This document shows, piece by piece, positions 24,677 to 34,454 of a stretch of DNA of 53,851 nt. This DNA is from an uncultured Anaerolineae bacterium (GTDB lineage Bacteria > Chloroflexota > Anaerolineae > Fen-1058): contig CAYGWJ010000073.1 in the NCBI GenBank assembly GCA_964353405.1, positions 1 to 53,851 on the forward strand, read 5' to 3'. The position numbers and the translations under genes were made by a program. The notes under the pieces were generated by a model, which was not told the origin of the DNA, ran no database searches, and saw nothing but the letters and a program-made list of their open reading frames with translations. Within the stretch, counting starts at the first letter, position 1. Each line of letters opens with the position of its first letter.

Positions 24677-25222
24677 TCAAGGGACTCGTAGTCGAGCGAC
24701 TATCGCTAGCGCAATGATCGAAAGCACGACTACCAGCAGGGCTGCCGACACAGACAGCACGATCAAGCGTTCCTGTCGTTGTTGTTCCGCCTTTGCCCGG
24801 GCCAGCGATTCCAGCCGCGCCTGCTCTTGCGCCCAGAATTTGGACATGCGCTCCTGCGATGCGCGCTCGGTCTCTTCCTTGATGCGGGTCGCCTCGGACT
24901 GCATTTGCTCAAGACGGCTGGCGTCAGTCACGGCGCGGCGAGCGGCAATGTGCTCGAGCAGATCGAGGCCCGCGCCGCACTCGCGGCAAAAAGAGGCGTT
25001 GACCGGGTTTAGCGCACCACAGCGCACGCACGGCTCACGCAGTTTTTGGCCGCACGAGACGCACAGGCGCACGTCCGGCTCGTTGACGGTTTCGCAGCGC
25101 GGGCACACGCAGTCCGGGTGCGCGAACGTCGAGCTGCAGAATGGGCAAGACAGGGTGCCGTCGCCGTTGTCTTTAAGCGGCGACCCGCCGCACTGGGAGC
25201 ACTTTGGCAAAGCGTCACTCAT
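24677..25222 (-). CDS. Stand-alone zinc-ribbon/coiled-coil/TM protein, paralogue of the kinase C-terminal module
   Basis: CSQCGGSPLKDNGDGTLSCPFCSSTFAHPDCVCPRCETVNEPDVRLCVSCGQKL...CVRCG...CRECG, a coiled coil, and a C-terminal TM. It aligns collinearly with kinase residues ~325-501. Confidence 0.85.
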   Translation of the reverse strand: MSDALPKCSQCGGSPLKDNGDGTLSCPFCSSTFAHPDCVCPRCETVNEPDVRLCVSCGQKLREPCVRCGALNPVNASFCRECGAGLDLLEHIAARRAVTDASRLEQMQSEATRIKEETERASQERMSKFWAQEQARLESLARAKAEQQRQERLIVLSVSAALLVVVLSIIALAIVARLRVP

Positions 25223-25226
25223 CGGA

Positions 25227-26819
25227 TCACCTCGGAATGAGAATGTGGTAAGTAAAGCCGTTCATGTCCACATCGGCCAGCGTGCGATATTTCTGCCCGA
25301 TAGCCTGCAGCACAGGCTCGGGATAGAACTGGGCGCGCAACACCACCACACCAAAGGCCTGCCCGTTGATCATCTCGACCAGGCCGGCCGGATCGTACAG
25401 TCCGTTCTTGTAGAGGTTCAACAATTGCGTGGGATTGGTGACCACATCCTTGCCGGCCCGCATCGCCCAGGTGGCTTCTTCGGTCAGCGCAGGGCCGGGC
25501 GCGCGATTGACCAGGTCTTGAATGCGCGCCGCCGCCGCGTGATCGTAATCCGCCGGGATGTGCCCCAGCTGCGTGTAACCAGCACTGTCGTAATACGAAT
25601 AATTCTTGTAGACTGAGGCCCGCCGCCCTACCCCGACGATTTGCGCCAACACGCCAAAAAAGCGCCCGTCCGTCGGCAGGTGCAATACTGCCCGCGCCTG
25701 GAACAGGAACAAAATCGGAATCAAAGCCCCTAGCGCCAGTTGAGGGTAGAGCGTAGAGTGTGGAACAAGTTTTGAAATCTGGGATTTGAGATTAGAGAGC
25801 TGCAATCCCGCACACACGCACGCCGCCACCACCGCCGTCGTAAAGTACGACTCACCCGCGCCCCACTTGCCAGCGAGCGCCGAGTCCAGCACGGCAAATA
25901 CAAACCAGATCGAATAGGGCGACCACCTACGCTTGCCCGACTCGTACACCACAAACGCCGCCGCCAGCAAAACAATGACCCAGTGCAACCGGAACCACTG
26001 CCGATACAAAAACCACGCCTGGGCAAAATCATAGGCGTTGACGTTGGCCTGGATGATATTGAGGTACCACTGTCCCTGCGTGGCGATATTGACGGCCAGG
26101 AACAGAGCGGCATTGACCGCCGCGAAAATCGCGCCGGAGACCATCGCACGCTTGGGATTGCGGATGAACAAATAAAGGAACACAGCCAACACGGTTGCCA
26201 GCGCGAGCTGTTTAGTCCATCCGGCGGCGGTCAAAAAAATCAAACTCATGACCAGGTTGCGCGTGCCGTGGCGGGCATCGTCGGATTCGGCAATCGCGAC
26301 CACGGCGAGCAGCTCGAACATCACCATGATAAGGTGCAGTCGCGCCAGCGGGCCTATGTGGTAGATATAATTCGAGGCGAACACCATCAGCCCGCACAAC
26401 GCCGCCGCGCCTGCCATTTTGGTCCTGCGCCAGACCACCGCTCCCACCGTGCCGCCGATGACAAACGTGGCGGCGACCGACATGAGCCTGCCCGTCAGGA
26501 GTGTCTTGCCGGTGAGCGGGAACAGCGGGACCAACATCAAGTGATACAGCGGCGGATAGTTGGAGGCGTAAAAAGGATACACCGCGTTATCACGATACGG
26601 CCACTGGCCTTGCGAAAACAGCACCGCGTCGTTGACTTCGAACCCCTCGCCCTGGTCATAGTCATAGGGGAAGCGAAAGAGACCCCACGCATACAACAGG
26701 TAAATCCCCAGGTAGCCGATAAAGACGGCGATCGTGACGGCCATCAACAGGCCATTCAGTCCTCGAATGACGCCGGTTGACGTGGATTCTTGTTCTGTGG
26801 TCATCCGCATCCTTGTCAA
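25227..26819 (-). CDS. Polytopic membrane protein, GT-C-type glycosyltransferase (ArnT/PMT_2-like)
   Basis: 530 aa with about 12 or more TM segments. First periplasmic loop reads YDYDQGEGFEVNDAVL...YPPLY, reminiscent of GT39/GT83-type enzymes. Soluble C-terminal domain. Confidence 0.65.
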   Translation of the reverse strand: MTRMRMTTEQESTSTGVIRGLNGLLMAVTIAVFIGYLGIYLLYAWGLFRFPYDYDQGEGFEVNDAVLFSQGQWPYRDNAVYPFYASNYPPLYHLMLVPLFPLTGKTLLTGRLMSVAATFVIGGTVGAVVWRRTKMAGAAALCGLMVFASNYIYHIGPLARLHLIMVMFELLAVVAIAESDDARHGTRNLVMSLIFLTAAGWTKQLALATVLAVFLYLFIRNPKRAMVSGAIFAAVNAALFLAVNIATQGQWYLNIIQANVNAYDFAQAWFLYRQWFRLHWVIVLLAAAFVVYESGKRRWSPYSIWFVFAVLDSALAGKWGAGESYFTTAVVAACVCAGLQLSNLKSQISKLVPHSTLYPQLALGALIPILFLFQARAVLHLPTDGRFFGVLAQIVGVGRRASVYKNYSYYDSAGYTQLGHIPADYDHAAAARIQDLVNRAPGPALTEEATWAMRAGKDVVTNPTQLLNLYKNGLYDPAGLVEMINGQAFGVVVLRAQFYPEPVLQAIGQKYRTLADVDMNGFTYHILIPR

Positions 26820-27008
26820 AGGTGGTGCCCTGGATTATACCAGTGCAAGGACAATTCTCAAATATCACAAACGCCGAAGGTAAGAATTCGGTTTAGGCAG
26901 CCGCCCCAACCTCATCCCGTAACTCAATTGTAGCTAAGGCGAAACTCGTGAAGCGACTGATTGGGAGTACAATATTTCTAGCATTTATCCCTCTAGAACT
27001 CTGTTCAA

Positions 27009-27074
27009 CTTGATGATGACCTTCTAGCGGCGGCTATGGAAAGCCGCCCTACAAAGTTGCTTGATGATGACCTT
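27009..27074. repeat. Two exact 15-bp direct repeats CTTGATGATGACCTT flanking a short hairpin
   Basis: Repeats at 27009-27023 and 27060-27074 (51-bp period). Hairpin GGCGGCT-atggaa-AGCCGCC lies between them. About 140 bp upstream of the 27211 gene. Confidence 0.85.
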
Positions 27075-27210
27075 GCTGGACGCCACTGGATAGACCGACG
27101 GTCTGCAGAGAGGCCGATGGGTCTGCTCAACTCGTAACCGGGCCGGAATGACGGCTGGAAAAATCAAGAACCTGGGCCAAAACGAGCCACTGCAATAATG
27201 GGGAGGCAGC

Positions 27211-30200
27211 ATGTTCAAGCGAATTTTCATCCTCACCGGGGTCGTCGTCTTTAGTGCAGTTTTGGTATCGGGCTGGCTGGAACTCTTGTCTGGGGTCACG
27301 CCGGCGGTCCGCGCCAACCCGGCATTCCCGTCGGACTGTGAACCCATTATCTATGACATTTTGACCAACACGACCTGGTCAGGTGAGTGCTATCGCGTGA
27401 TGACCAGCGCCGTCACAGTCCAGTCTGACGCGCTTCTCACCATCGTGCCGACCAGCAGCGCCGGTACGCGAGTCGAGTTCGATCCGAATGCGCGGCTTCA
27501 GGTGTTGGGCGGCCTACGCGCTCTGGGCGACAGGAATCGCCCGATTACTTTCACCCTGGACAATATCACATCAACGCCACCCATGACCTCTTGGGTGGGG
27601 ATCATGCTTGCGCAGAATTCAAGCTTTAGCGACACCCTCCAGTACTCGGTCATTCAATACTCTCGCCAAGGCATCCACATCGACAACGCAAAAGGTATTA
27701 GTATTCTTTCCAATACCTTTCTTTACAACGGCGAAGGCGGCAGCCGCGATGGAGCCATTGGCGGCCTGACAGACTATTCCTTGATTGCAAACAACACCAT
27801 CTACAGCGCCACGAATGGCATTCTGCTGGGCAAGTCTTCTTTCAACGACATCATCAGCAACACAATCTCGAACGTAGATGGTTACGGCGTGGCTTTGTTC
27901 GAGGATCCGCTGCTGCTGGGTGGAAACAACGACGACATCATCAGCAACACGATTTCCGGTTGTGGCCAGGGCGGTGTGTTCGTCAACAACGGCAATGACA
28001 ACATGATGATCGCCAACCAGATTTCCAACTGCGGGCAGGCCGGTTTGCTCATCCGTAATGGCAGCAACAACGCCGTCAAAGGAAACGAGATCGCCCGAAG
28101 CAGCGGCGACGGTTTGCGGCTCGATCTTGGCAGCGGTAATGTCGTTTTCAGCAATTCGATCTATCTCAACGCGGGCGGCGCAATTTCCCTTTCGGTTCAA
28201 GCGGGGACCCGTGTCCAATACAACCACGTCTACAGCAACGGGAGCGGAACTGGCCGCCAAGCATCCATCTACGTCACGGGCACGCCAGACACGTCCATCA
28301 ACAACATCTCTTACAATGTGGTCTATGACAGGCACGAAGATACTATCTGGTATACGGCAAGCAATGGCGATACAGGGTCTCTGATGTGGAACAATGCCCT
28401 GTGTTCAGTTCCACCAGCATACAGACTGCGGAACGATGACAATGTGACCCTTGACGCTCCTTACACTTGGTGGGGCACGAACATACCGACATTGGGCAGA
28501 GAATATACCGGCTCTGTCAACATTACGCCGTGGATCACGCTTTCGCTCATCACCTCAACGGCTACTCTGCCGGCCGATGGAGTTTCAACCAGCAGCATCA
28601 CGATTTCACTTCGAGACACAGCAGGTCACACAGTCCCGCCGGCCTCCACGCGCCAAACGAACCCGCCTGCTCCAAATCCTCGCCAGATAGATCTGACGAC
28701 GACGATGGGCGTCATCAGTCCGAGGTTTGTCTTTGTGGGCGATGATGGCTTTGCTACGGCGACCTTGACCTCGGCTCCGACGACGGGCACAGCCCTCATC
28801 ACGGCGACAGCATTCTGCAATTACCCTGTCTCTATCCCGGTCAGGTTTGCTGCGACGAATCTTGCCATTACCAAGACCGCCATCGTGACCCAGGTCGTCC
28901 CTGGAGACGCGCTTGCTTATCGCATCACCTACAGCAACACGAGCAGCATCACGGCGAGCGATGTCCGCATCACGGACACTTTGCCGGCTGGCGCAACCTG
29001 GCTGAGCGATACGGCTCCGGCGCTGGGCTGGACACGAGTTCAGACCTCGCCTGTTGTGGTGTATACCCGGTCGAATGCGCTGGCGAACACGCGCGAGAGT
29101 TTTACCCTGATGGCGTCCGCGCGTCGCGCAGCCTGCGGCGTGCCTCTGACGAATGTGATCACCCTTAGTACAGCGACCAACGAGACCAATCTAGCCGATA
29201 ATGCTGCTTCGGCGCTGGTGGAGGTCGCTTGCGTGGATTTGTCTATCGCCAAAGTGGCCACACCACCCATCGGCACGCCAGCCGACCCGGTGACGTTTAG
29301 GATTACCTATACCAACAACAGCAATGTCACATTGCCAAGCTTTGTGATTACCGATACTCTGCCCACTGATACCAGCTACGTGAGCGATACCAGCAATCTG
29401 CCGATGACACCGGTGCCGGGCGGCCTAGTGTGGAACGGCAGCAACCTTGCGCTGAACCGGCGGTTCAGCTTTGACTTGCGATTGCGCTATACGGGCGCGA
29501 CGTGCAGCCAGGGCATCACATTGACGAATCGAGTTGACATCGCCTCAACTGCGCCCGAAATGCAGATGGACAACAACACGGTGACAGCGACCTATGCCAT
29601 TCGCGGCGGTATGTGCGCGGATGTGGTGGTGATCAAGAATGACGAGGTCGGGCCTACGACGCCAGCGCCCAATGCGCCTCTCTCGTCCGACAAACGAGAC
29701 GCGCTGGCGCGGCTGCTTGCCCCGCATGGCTTGTCTGCACATCGCGAATTTGTCCGCCCAGGCGACCTGGTCACATACACGATTGCGGTGGTCAATCACG
29801 GCGTCTATACCGCCACTCAGTTTGTCTTGACCGAAACCATGCCGCTGAACTCGGACTATATCGGCTACGACTGGGCGCAGTTGGACACGCGCACATTTAC
29901 CACGAGTGTCGGCACGCTGGCCCCCGGCGCGGGCCGCGTCTATGAATTTGTCGTGCGCGTGTGGCCCGACATCCCGGGCGACACGCGAAATATCACAAAC
30001 ACGATCTGCGGCCAGGGCGCAGAGCTTGACTTGAATCCTGAGGACAACTGTTGGATCGAAGACACGCCTGTGCGCCCGTGGGAGCTGCGCGTGACCAAAT
30101 CTGCGCCGCAGTGCGTCATCCCGGGTCAGGACTTTGAGTATACCATCTGGTACACGAACACAATGACGGGGACAACTTTTACCCATGTGCCGCTCACGGA

Positions 30201-32367
30201 TACACTGTCTCCCTATGTCGCTTACCTGGGTGGCGGGGGCTGGAATTGTCCGTCGCATGTGTGCACTCAGAGTATTCCGACAGTCACGGCGGGCATTCAC
30301 TCAGTGGGCCTGTTAGGCCAATTGGACGCTCACTTCCCCTATACCATCGAACACGGGATCACAAACACGGTTGAAATCACAGGCGGGTATCGCTTTACGC
30401 TGTTCACGCCAGTTTATACGGGCGCGGATCTGGCGGTGGTCAAAAACGACAACGTTGGCCCGCTCCCCTTGGCGCAGCAACGGGCATGGGATCAAGTTCG
30501 CTCTCGGCTCTCGAGCCTGAACCGCGTGAGCCAGATGTCACCCTACCGCGAGTTTGTTCAGCCTGGCGACCGTATCACCTATACCATTTTGTACGTCAAC
30601 AATGGCCTGGAGGGGGCGCGCCATGTCGTCTTGACTGAGACGCTTCCGGTTCAAACACAATACATCGGCGGCGGATGGACGCCTGTTGGCGGTGGCCTAT
30701 ACACAATATCGCTCGGCGATCTGGGGCCGCATGAAGGCGGGGAAGTGCACTTTATCGTCCAGATTGACAATGCATTCTCCTGCCGGGCCAATCCGCTTCG
30801 CAATCGCGTGAGCATCGGCGGCGACAACGCCGAGTGTGACCTGAGCGACAACTGGTCGGTGGATCACACGACGATTAGCAACTGCGTCCCGGTCAACAAC
30901 GTGATCTTTTTCCCCATCGTCCTTAGAGATTATCCGCCGCCGCTTCCGAATGTCCTGTTCAGCAGCGGCCACTATAGTGTAGACGAAAAAGTGGGCGCGG
31001 CAGAGATCACGGTGGTGCTGGATCGCTCGTGGTCTCAGACGGTGACGGTGGACTATTACACCCAAGATGGGACGGCGCGTGCGGGCAACGATTACACGGC
31101 GACCAGCGGCGCGCTGGTGTTCGCGCCAGGCACGCCGAGCAAAACCTTTGCCGTGCCTGTCGTGGATGATGGAGTTTACGAAGGGCCAGAAACCGTCTAT
31201 CTGTGGCTGACCCATGCGCGCAATGCTAACATCGTTCCACCCAATCCCGCCACGTTGACGATTGAGGACAACCCGGGGGTAACCTGTTCACCTATGCCGC
31301 CGAGTTGCGCCCCGGCGGTCTGGTGTACGTTACCTTCCGCTCCCAGTCCGACGGGCATGGCTTACGAGACCAGCACTGAGCGTTTGTACATTGCCAACGA
31401 GGGCAGCGGGGGCGATGGCAATCTACGGCGCAGTACCTCGCTGGGGATGCCCGTTGCGGTAAACGATGATCTGCCCGGCGCGCGCGGCGTGGCGCTCGAT
31501 AGAGGCCGCAATCGACTCTACGTGGCGGGTGGCGACTCGCTCTATGTCCTGGAGGGCGCAACGTACGCCCGCGTGCGGACGATTCGCGTGGGCGCTGGCG
31601 CGCGCGGCGTGGCCTACAATCCCAATACCGATCTGATCTATGTCACTGCGTATGAGGACAATTCAGTTTGGGTGATCAATGCGGAGACGTGGAACGCGGT
31701 CAGGTTGCACAATTTCCACGAGCCGGCGTACGTGGCAGTCAATACCGTTACCAACAAGGTGTACGTCAGCAATCACACGGGCGGCAATCCATGGGGGTAT
31801 GTGACGGTGATCAGCGGCACCAGCGAGATCACCCGCGTCTATTTGAGCGCCGATCTGTATGGGTTGGCAGTGGACGAGGTTCATAACCGCATCTATGTTG
31901 CTTCGATCAGCGTGTCGCGTTTGTTTGTCATTGACGGCGTGACGGACACCAAACATCCAATTGACATTCTAATCATGCGCTCCGGCGGAAACCAGGTGCC
32001 GCTACGCATGGTAGCGGTCAATCCTAGCGTAGGAGGGGCAGACACACATGTCTGGCTCACCAGCAGTTCCAACGATTATTTGGGTCTGGACAAGTTGTTC
32101 CTGCTTCACTTGCCGGGAAGCAATTGGCCACCTTCAAGCCCAATGACCTTGCGCGCTGTGAGCGTCGATCCGTCACCGGAAGGCGGGCTGGTGTTCGACC
32201 CGGCTTCGTGGCGTGTATTTGCCAGCAGTGCTAATTCAAACCTGGTGACGGTCTCCCAGGATAATGCTACACTTTGCCGAGCGCCACTCGCCACGAGTGC
32301 GGCCGCTGGCAATGATGACTATTATGTCGTCGTGCTTGACAATACCAATCACAAGCCCGGGCGATAG
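27211..32367 (+). CDS. Giant secreted protein (1,718 aa): parallel beta-helix, Ig-like, multiple DUF11 repeats, Calx-beta, YVTN beta-propeller
   Basis: Signal anchor MFKRIFILTGVVVFSAVLV. Beta-helix repeats (NNTIYSATNGILLGKSSFNDIISNTISNVDGYGV...). DUF11 units (LAITKTA...PGDALAYRITYSNTS...DVRITDTLPAGATW). Calx-beta (TVTVDYYTQDGTARAGNDYTATSGALVFAPG...VVDDGVYEGPE). YVTN repeats (YNPNTDLIYVTAYEDNSVWVI, NTVTNKVYVSNH). RBS GGGGAGG. Confidence 0.9.
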   Translation: MFKRIFILTGVVVFSAVLVSGWLELLSGVTPAVRANPAFPSDCEPIIYDILTNTTWSGECYRVMTSAVTVQSDALLTIVPTSSAGTRVEFDPNARLQVLGGLRALGDRNRPITFTLDNITSTPPMTSWVGIMLAQNSSFSDTLQYSVIQYSRQGIHIDNAKGISILSNTFLYNGEGGSRDGAIGGLTDYSLIANNTIYSATNGILLGKSSFNDIISNTISNVDGYGVALFEDPLLLGGNNDDIISNTISGCGQGGVFVNNGNDNMMIANQISNCGQAGLLIRNGSNNAVKGNEIARSSGDGLRLDLGSGNVVFSNSIYLNAGGAISLSVQAGTRVQYNHVYSNGSGTGRQASIYVTGTPDTSINNISYNVVYDRHEDTIWYTASNGDTGSLMWNNALCSVPPAYRLRNDDNVTLDAPYTWWGTNIPTLGREYTGSVNITPWITLSLITSTATLPADGVSTSSITISLRDTAGHTVPPASTRQTNPPAPNPRQIDLTTTMGVISPRFVFVGDDGFATATLTSAPTTGTALITATAFCNYPVSIPVRFAATNLAITKTAIVTQVVPGDALAYRITYSNTSSITASDVRITDTLPAGATWLSDTAPALGWTRVQTSPVVVYTRSNALANTRESFTLMASARRAACGVPLTNVITLSTATNETNLADNAASALVEVACVDLSIAKVATPPIGTPADPVTFRITYTNNSNVTLPSFVITDTLPTDTSYVSDTSNLPMTPVPGGLVWNGSNLALNRRFSFDLRLRYTGATCSQGITLTNRVDIASTAPEMQMDNNTVTATYAIRGGMCADVVVIKNDEVGPTTPAPNAPLSSDKRDALARLLAPHGLSAHREFVRPGDLVTYTIAVVNHGVYTATQFVLTETMPLNSDYIGYDWAQLDTRTFTTSVGTLAPGAGRVYEFVVRVWPDIPGDTRNITNTICGQGAELDLNPEDNCWIEDTPVRPWELRVTKSAPQCVIPGQDFEYTIWYTNTMTGTTFTHVPLTDTLSPYVAYLGGGGWNCPSHVCTQSIPTVTAGIHSVGLLGQLDAHFPYTIEHGITNTVEITGGYRFTLFTPVYTGADLAVVKNDNVGPLPLAQQRAWDQVRSRLSSLNRVSQMSPYREFVQPGDRITYTILYVNNGLEGARHVVLTETLPVQTQYIGGGWTPVGGGLYTISLGDLGPHEGGEVHFIVQIDNAFSCRANPLRNRVSIGGDNAECDLSDNWSVDHTTISNCVPVNNVIFFPIVLRDYPPPLPNVLFSSGHYSVDEKVGAAEITVVLDRSWSQTVTVDYYTQDGTARAGNDYTATSGALVFAPGTPSKTFAVPVVDDGVYEGPETVYLWLTHARNANIVPPNPATLTIEDNPGVTCSPMPPSCAPAVWCTLPSAPSPTGMAYETSTERLYIANEGSGGDGNLRRSTSLGMPVAVNDDLPGARGVALDRGRNRLYVAGGDSLYVLEGATYARVRTIRVGAGARGVAYNPNTDLIYVTAYEDNSVWVINAETWNAVRLHNFHEPAYVAVNTVTNKVYVSNHTGGNPWGYVTVISGTSEITRVYLSADLYGLAVDEVHNRIYVASISVSRLFVIDGVTDTKHPIDILIMRSGGNQVPLRMVAVNPSVGGADTHVWLTSSSNDYLGLDKLFLLHLPGSNWPPSSPMTLRAVSVDPSPEGGLVFDPASWRVFASSANSNLVTVSQDNATLCRAPLATSAAAGNDDYYVVVLDNTNHKPGR

Positions 32368-32398
32368 GCTGACCCCAGAATTTGCGCATGACCTTCGC

Positions 32399-32430
32399 GC
32401 CCCCGGCTTTAGGCCGGGGGCTTTTTTTTT
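32399..32430 (+). terminator. Strong intrinsic terminator after the giant gene
   Basis: GCCCCCGGC-tttag-GCCGGGGGC followed by T9. Confidence 0.9.
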
Positions 32431-32504
32431 GATCTGCTCGCAAGCGCTGTCATAGCCCCAAAAGTGACATTCGTCACTAGACTGCGGCTGGTTCCAATGT
32501 TATA

Positions 32505-32534
32505 TTGACACAAAAGTCATATCATTAGTATCAT
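32505..32534 (+). promoter_or_regulatory. Candidate promoter of rrf2-cydABDC
   Basis: TTGACA (32505-32510), 18 nt, TATCAT (32529-32534). An AGTGAC-attc-GTCACT inverted repeat lies just upstream (32463-32478). Confidence 0.35.
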
Positions 32535-32559
32535 TTAATCGCGCCACTCTGGAATCTGC

Positions 32560-32988
32560 ATGCTTTCGATCAGCCGTCAAACCGATTATGCTTGCCGCGT
32601 GATTCTTCACCTGGCGATGCTCCCGCCAGGCGAGCGCGTGACAACTCGGGACATTGCCAAGCGCCGGCTCATTCCGCCCGCGCTGGTGCGCCGCGTCATC
32701 ACGCAGCTGGCGAACGCCGGGCTCGTCACGACGGCGCGCGGCAGCAACGGCGGCCTGTCACTCGCGCGGCCCGCGAGTGAAATGAGCTTGCTGGATGTGG
32801 TACAGGTGATGGAAGGGCCGCTGGCGCTCAACGCGTGCGCAGTCAATCCGCAAGCTTGCCCGTTGATGCAAGTCTGCTCGGTGCATCAAGTGTGGGTGGA
32901 AGCCCGTGCGGCGCTGATGGCCAAGTTGAGCCAATCCACCTTTGATAAACTGGCGCAGCGCGGCGCGGTTCTGCTCTCTGCTCCTTGA
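32560..32988 (+). CDS. Rrf2-family transcriptional regulator (three-Cys cluster-binding type)
   Basis: MLSISRQTDYACRVILHLAM...RDIAKRRLIPPALVRRVITQLANAGLVTTARGSNGG. Cys triad in CAVNPQACPLMQVC. Confidence 0.9.
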   Translation: MLSISRQTDYACRVILHLAMLPPGERVTTRDIAKRRLIPPALVRRVITQLANAGLVTTARGSNGGLSLARPASEMSLLDVVQVMEGPLALNACAVNPQACPLMQVCSVHQVWVEARAALMAKLSQSTFDKLAQRGAVLLSAP

Positions 32989-33076
32989 GGCACTGGGCCA
33001 GGAGGCTGTATGAATTGAACTGAGACCATCCCCACTGACGCCAATCATTTCTGCAACTTTTTCAGGAGGCTCATCT

Positions 33077-34438
33077 ATGGATGCTCTGCTTTTGGCGCGT
33101 CTGCAATTTGCCATCACAACCGTATACCATTTCTTTTTTGTGCCCTTGACGTTGGGCCTGTCCATCCTCGTGGCGATTTTGGAATCGGCCTACATCCGCT
33201 ACGGAGATGATGTGTATTTGCGCCTGACCAAATTCTGGGGCAAGTTATTCCTCATCAATTTTGCGCTCGGCGTGGTTACCGGCATCGTACAGGAATTTCA
33301 ATTCGGCATGAATTGGTCGGAATACTCGCGTTTTGTAGGCGATATTTTTGGCGCGCCGCTTGCCATCGAGGCGCTGCTCGCTTTCTTCCTCGAGTCCACT
33401 TTCCTGGGCGTGTGGATTTTCGGCTGGGATAAACTGTCCAAGAAAGCGCACGCGGCGGTGATGTGGGCGGTGGCGATTGGCTCGAATCTTTCCGCGCTGT
33501 GGATTCTGATCGCCAACTCGTTCATGCAGGAACCGGTGGGCTTTGTCCTTCGAAATGGCCGCGCCGAGATGACGGATTTCTTGGCGCTGCTCACCAATCC
33601 GCATGTTTGGGTGCAATACCCGCACGTGCTCTTTTCCGGCATCACCACGGCTGGTTTTTTTGTGCTTGGCATCAGTGCGTGGCATCTTGTTCGCAAGAGC
33701 AACCTTGATTTCTTCAAGCGCTCAGCCCAGATCGCGATTGTGTATGGATTGATCGGCAGTGTGCTGGTGGCCATGCTGGGACACTCGCAGGCTCAGCGCA
33801 TGGTGCAGGTCCAGCCGATGAAGATGGCTGCCGCCGAAGGTCTGTATCAGACCGAAAATCCCGCGTCGTTTTCGATTTTGACGATTGGCGATCTGGAAGC
33901 GCGCAAAGAGGTATTTGCCATTCGGATTCCCAACGTGCTCAGCCTGTTGGCTTTTAATCAGCTCACAGGTCAAGTCAAAGGCATTGACGACTTGCAGGCT
34001 GCCTACGCCAAGCAATATGGCCCTGGCGATTACCGCCCGCCCATCCCGCTCATCTACTGGAGTTTTCGCTTGATGGCCGGCTCGGGCTTTTTGATGATCG
34101 CGTTGGCGCTCATCGGCCTGTTCCTGACGCTCAAAAATCGGCTCGACGGCACGGCGTGGTATCTCAAGGCGTTGCTCTTTGCCCTGTTCCTGCCGTACCT
34201 TGCCAATAGCACCGGCTGGTTGATGACCGAGCTGGGCCGCCAGCCATGGATTGTGTTTGGACTGATGAAGACGGAGGCGGGTGTCTCTTCCACAGTGACC
34301 GCCGGCATGGTGTTGATCTCGTTGGTGCTGTTCACGCTGGTGTATGGCGCGCTGATGGTAGCGGACATTTATCTACTCAACAAATACGCCAAGGGCGGGC
34401 CGGTCGCTGAAGAATCGCTCGCTCCGGCGAAGGCCTAG
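33077..34438 (+). CDS. cydA: Cytochrome bd ubiquinol oxidase subunit I
   Basis: MDALLLARLQFAITTVYHFFFVPLTLGL..., GWxxxExGRQPW motif (GWLMTELGRQPWIVFG). Confidence 0.95.
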   Translation: MDALLLARLQFAITTVYHFFFVPLTLGLSILVAILESAYIRYGDDVYLRLTKFWGKLFLINFALGVVTGIVQEFQFGMNWSEYSRFVGDIFGAPLAIEALLAFFLESTFLGVWIFGWDKLSKKAHAAVMWAVAIGSNLSALWILIANSFMQEPVGFVLRNGRAEMTDFLALLTNPHVWVQYPHVLFSGITTAGFFVLGISAWHLVRKSNLDFFKRSAQIAIVYGLIGSVLVAMLGHSQAQRMVQVQPMKMAAAEGLYQTENPASFSILTIGDLEARKEVFAIRIPNVLSLLAFNQLTGQVKGIDDLQAAYAKQYGPGDYRPPIPLIYWSFRLMAGSGFLMIALALIGLFLTLKNRLDGTAWYLKALLFALFLPYLANSTGWLMTELGRQPWIVFGLMKTEAGVSSTVTAGMVLISLVLFTLVYGALMVADIYLLNKYAKGGPVAEESLAPAKA

Positions 34439-34454
34439 GTGCGGGAGGCACACC

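Noticed and set aside
25983-26780. 265-aa plus-strand ORF
   Set aside because: Antisense to the polytopic GT-C membrane protein gene. Charged Arg/His/Asp-rich shadow translation.
27619-28335. 238-aa minus-strand ORF (and 29545-30300, 30697-31215 minus)
   Set aside because: They lie inside the 1,718-aa surface-protein gene on the opposite strand. The sense frame has clear beta-helix, DUF11 and Calx-beta repeats.
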